A stretch of 56,730 bases of DNA from a virus. Lineage: Duplodnaviria; Caudoviricetes. Below are positions 54,691 to 56,730 of the stretch, piece after piece; within the stretch, counting starts at the first letter, position 1; every line of letters starts with the position of its first letter. The stretch spans positions 1 through 56,730 of IMG/VR virus record IMGVR_UViG_3300022752_000084; one strand, 5' to 3'. A program made the translations under genes and the position numbers. The notes beneath the pieces are model-generated. The model saw only the letters and a list, made by a program, of their open reading frames with translations. It did no database searches and was not told the origin of the DNA.

Positions 54691-55194
54691 TTAACCTATC
54701 TTAGTTCTAGCAGAAGGTTTGAAAGCCTCCAAGCCAGTCATAGATCCGTAAGCAATATTTGATCCAAGATTTTTACTAAGTCCGCCAAATAACATTCCCA
54801 TTAAATCTGCGGTCTTGTCTGCTGGGTTGCTTTCACGATAACGTCCCATTTCTTCCCCTGCCATTCGTTCTCTTTTAGAAGTTAGTCCGCGTTTTTCAAG
54901 TTCTCTTTGAAGCTGCCCAGTGGCTCCTTCAAACAATCCTCTTAAAAGTGCGTCCCCTATACCTTCAGTTTTTCCTCCAGTAGCGGCTTGAGTAAATTTG
55001 GTAGGACCAGCTATAGAAGGGTCTACACCAAATTGAGGATTCTTACCAAAGATTTCAGCATCCCTGATGACATCTTGATACTCTGGATAATTTTCTATTC
55101 TAAAATCTTTAAACTCTTTTACAGGGAGATCTGCGCGATACATATCTCCACTAATGCCGCTTTGAAAATAAGGATTAAATTTAAAACTATCCAT
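54691..55194 (-). CDS. hypothetical late protein with RMAG motif
   Basis: 167-aa ORF. Confidence 0.7.
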   Translation of the reverse strand: MDSFKFNPYFQSGISGDMYRADLPVKEFKDFRIENYPEYQDVIRDAEIFGKNPQFGVDPSIAGPTKFTQAATGGKTEGIGDALLRGLFEGATGQLQRELEKRGLTSKRERMAGEEMGRYRESNPADKTADLMGMLFGGLSKNLGSNIAYGSMTGLEAFKPSARTKIG

Positions 55195-55198
55195 TAGT

Positions 55199-56730
55199 TC
55201 ACCTCAAAGAATAACCGGTTGGTTCTAGTGTAGCGCTGACATTCCTGTTAAGGAAAGCTCTAGCTAAATCTCGACTTCGTGCGCCGGCCTCTTTCTCGTA
55301 ATTATTTTGATTAATCAGGGTAGGTTGTACAAGGGGATTGTAGACATCCCTTAAATCAAAGTTACCTTCTTCTGGATTAAAAGCAGCCTCAGCGGCAGCT
55401 CGTGGTTGTATGTTCATGTTTTCTTGTAAATTTGAACCCGCTGCAGTATTAACCATCTCCCCCATAACGTTTTCTGGGCTTTGCTGAGAAGCTCCCACAG
55501 GTTGAATTTCCTGTGGAGCCGGGAAAGAAGAACGAGCATTTAAATTAGTACGGGCTGCTTGTTCTTGTTGTCTAACAACTTCTCTAAACGCTAATCCTTG
55601 ATTAGCTCGCGCCCACTGTTCTAAGTCAGTGCCACGAACTCCAAGTCGATCAATGACTCCCTCAATATTTGCTTTTCCTACTTGTTGCTGTTTCCCGTAG
55701 AAATCAGACAACTTCATTGAGCCGGGAGCGGCATATTGTTGGATCTGTTCAGTTAATGCTGATCGACCTCCATCCCCAGGCGTAACAATACGAGTCTGGG
55801 AAACAGGATCAGTATATTGAGACATAGCTGCCGCAAAAGCTGGATCGGTAAAAGCTGTTGCGACTGCAGGGTTCATTACACCAGGATCCCTTACGGTATT
55901 TTCTACGGAAGGAGTTTCAGTTCCTCCTTGTTCTCCCGCACCTGGCATTGCTATTGCTGATGTATTTTTCCCAGGCTCATTAAATGCACGAGTTATTAAT
56001 CCTCCGCCAAGACCGCCAAGACCCGCAGCAAGTAAAGCTTTTAAATTTACACCGCCACCAGCAGGCATATTCTCTAAAGTACGTCCTACAGCGTTCGCCA
56101 TTTCCTGTGGCAATACCTTTACATCCACGGATTGAACGTCATCCGCCATACCGGGTCGACGCATAACCTCCCCTCCTCTAGGAGGCATCTCTAAATCAAT
56201 CCGAGGAGAACCTTCGGGAGTGTAATAACGTCTACCTGCTTCTCCTACTTGTTCATAAGCGTTAACAGGACGACCAAGAGGTCCACCTCGAAGAGCAGGT
56301 TCGGGCCTTGGCTCTAAAATACCGGGTCTCCCTATAATTTGCGGTTCTTGGGAACGTCTTAAGAAAGCGGGAGATACTGCAGTACCGGGAACTTGAGGCG
56401 GACCAAAATCTGCCGCACCCATTCCACCAGGAGAAGTGACTGTTCCACGGTAACCTTCTAAGGGCTCCCCGGCCCTCATACGCTCATAAAAATTTGGAGC
56501 TACTCCTTGTACTTGAGGGCGTCCAGTTAAGGGAAGAGCTCCTCCTGTTTCGCGAAATTGAGGTACTAAAGCACCTCCCATTCTAGGAATTTCTAGTTGT
56601 CCGGGAGAGGCACCTACACTTGGTGAACGAAGAATATCTACAGCGCGAGGATCAAACATAGCCCGATTTTCAGGCAATGCTTGAACTTCTCTAGACACAG
56701 TAGGTGATACCAGTCGACCCCGATCACCAC
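55199..56730 (-). CDS. large Pro/Gly-rich protein, 5' end outside the window
   Basis: Frame stays open to the window edge; hydrophobic LLAAGLGGLGGGLI segment; possible ejection protein. Confidence 0.7.
   Translation of the reverse strand, partial: GDRGRLVSPTVSREVQALPENRAMFDPRAVDILRSPSVGASPGQLEIPRMGGALVPQFRETGGALPLTGRPQVQGVAPNFYERMRAGEPLEGYRGTVTSPGGMGAADFGPPQVPGTAVSPAFLRRSQEPQIIGRPGILEPRPEPALRGGPLGRPVNAYEQVGEAGRRYYTPEGSPRIDLEMPPRGGEVMRRPGMADDVQSVDVKVLPQEMANAVGRTLENMPAGGGVNLKALLAAGLGGLGGGLITRAFNEPGKNTSAIAMPGAGEQGGTETPSVENTVRDPGVMNPAVATAFTDPAFAAAMSQYTDPVSQTRIVTPGDGGRSALTEQIQQYAAPGSMKLSDFYGKQQQVGKANIEGVIDRLGVRGTDLEQWARANQGLAFREVVRQQEQAARTNLNARSSFPAPQEIQPVGASQQSPENVMGEMVNTAAGSNLQENMNIQPRAAAEAAFNPEEGNFDLRDVYNPLVQPTLINQNNYEKEAGARSRDLARAFLNRNVSATLEPTGYSLR

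Noticed and set aside
1-56730. tRNA or rRNA genes
   Set aside because: No cloverleaf with T-loop and D-loop consensus was found by eye in intergenic regions; tRNAscan-SE would be decisive.

Overview
This window is a 56.7 kb part of a large dsDNA phage genome, most likely a cyanophage: it carries two NblA-like genes, Dps, ThyX, cyanobacterial boxA-like motifs and -10-only promoters. No terminase, portal or major capsid gene was recognised, and the last ORF runs off the right edge, so the genome continues beyond the window. From left to right it contains: (1) a 1.1 kb ORF-free region that can fold extensively; (2) a + strand cluster of small early genes punctuated by a repeated GC hairpin; (3) a DUF3150-like / RavA-like AAA+ / VWA module; (4) a replication block with PolA, SSB-like, exonuclease, primase-SF3 helicase and ThyX genes; (5) mostly - strand virion and lysis genes. 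The strongest candidates for undescribed biology are three dispersed tail-fibre cassettes sharing conserved 5' and 3' arms around swapped middles, a candidate large structured ncRNA behind boxB/boxA-like signals, a strand-polarised CCACGCG motif, a recurrent R-[MLF]-A-G peptide motif in orphan late proteins, and four apparently catalytically dead enzymes (2 MTase-like, 2 HNH-like). All family assignments come from motif recognition by eye. No database searches or folding programs were run, and counts are manual.
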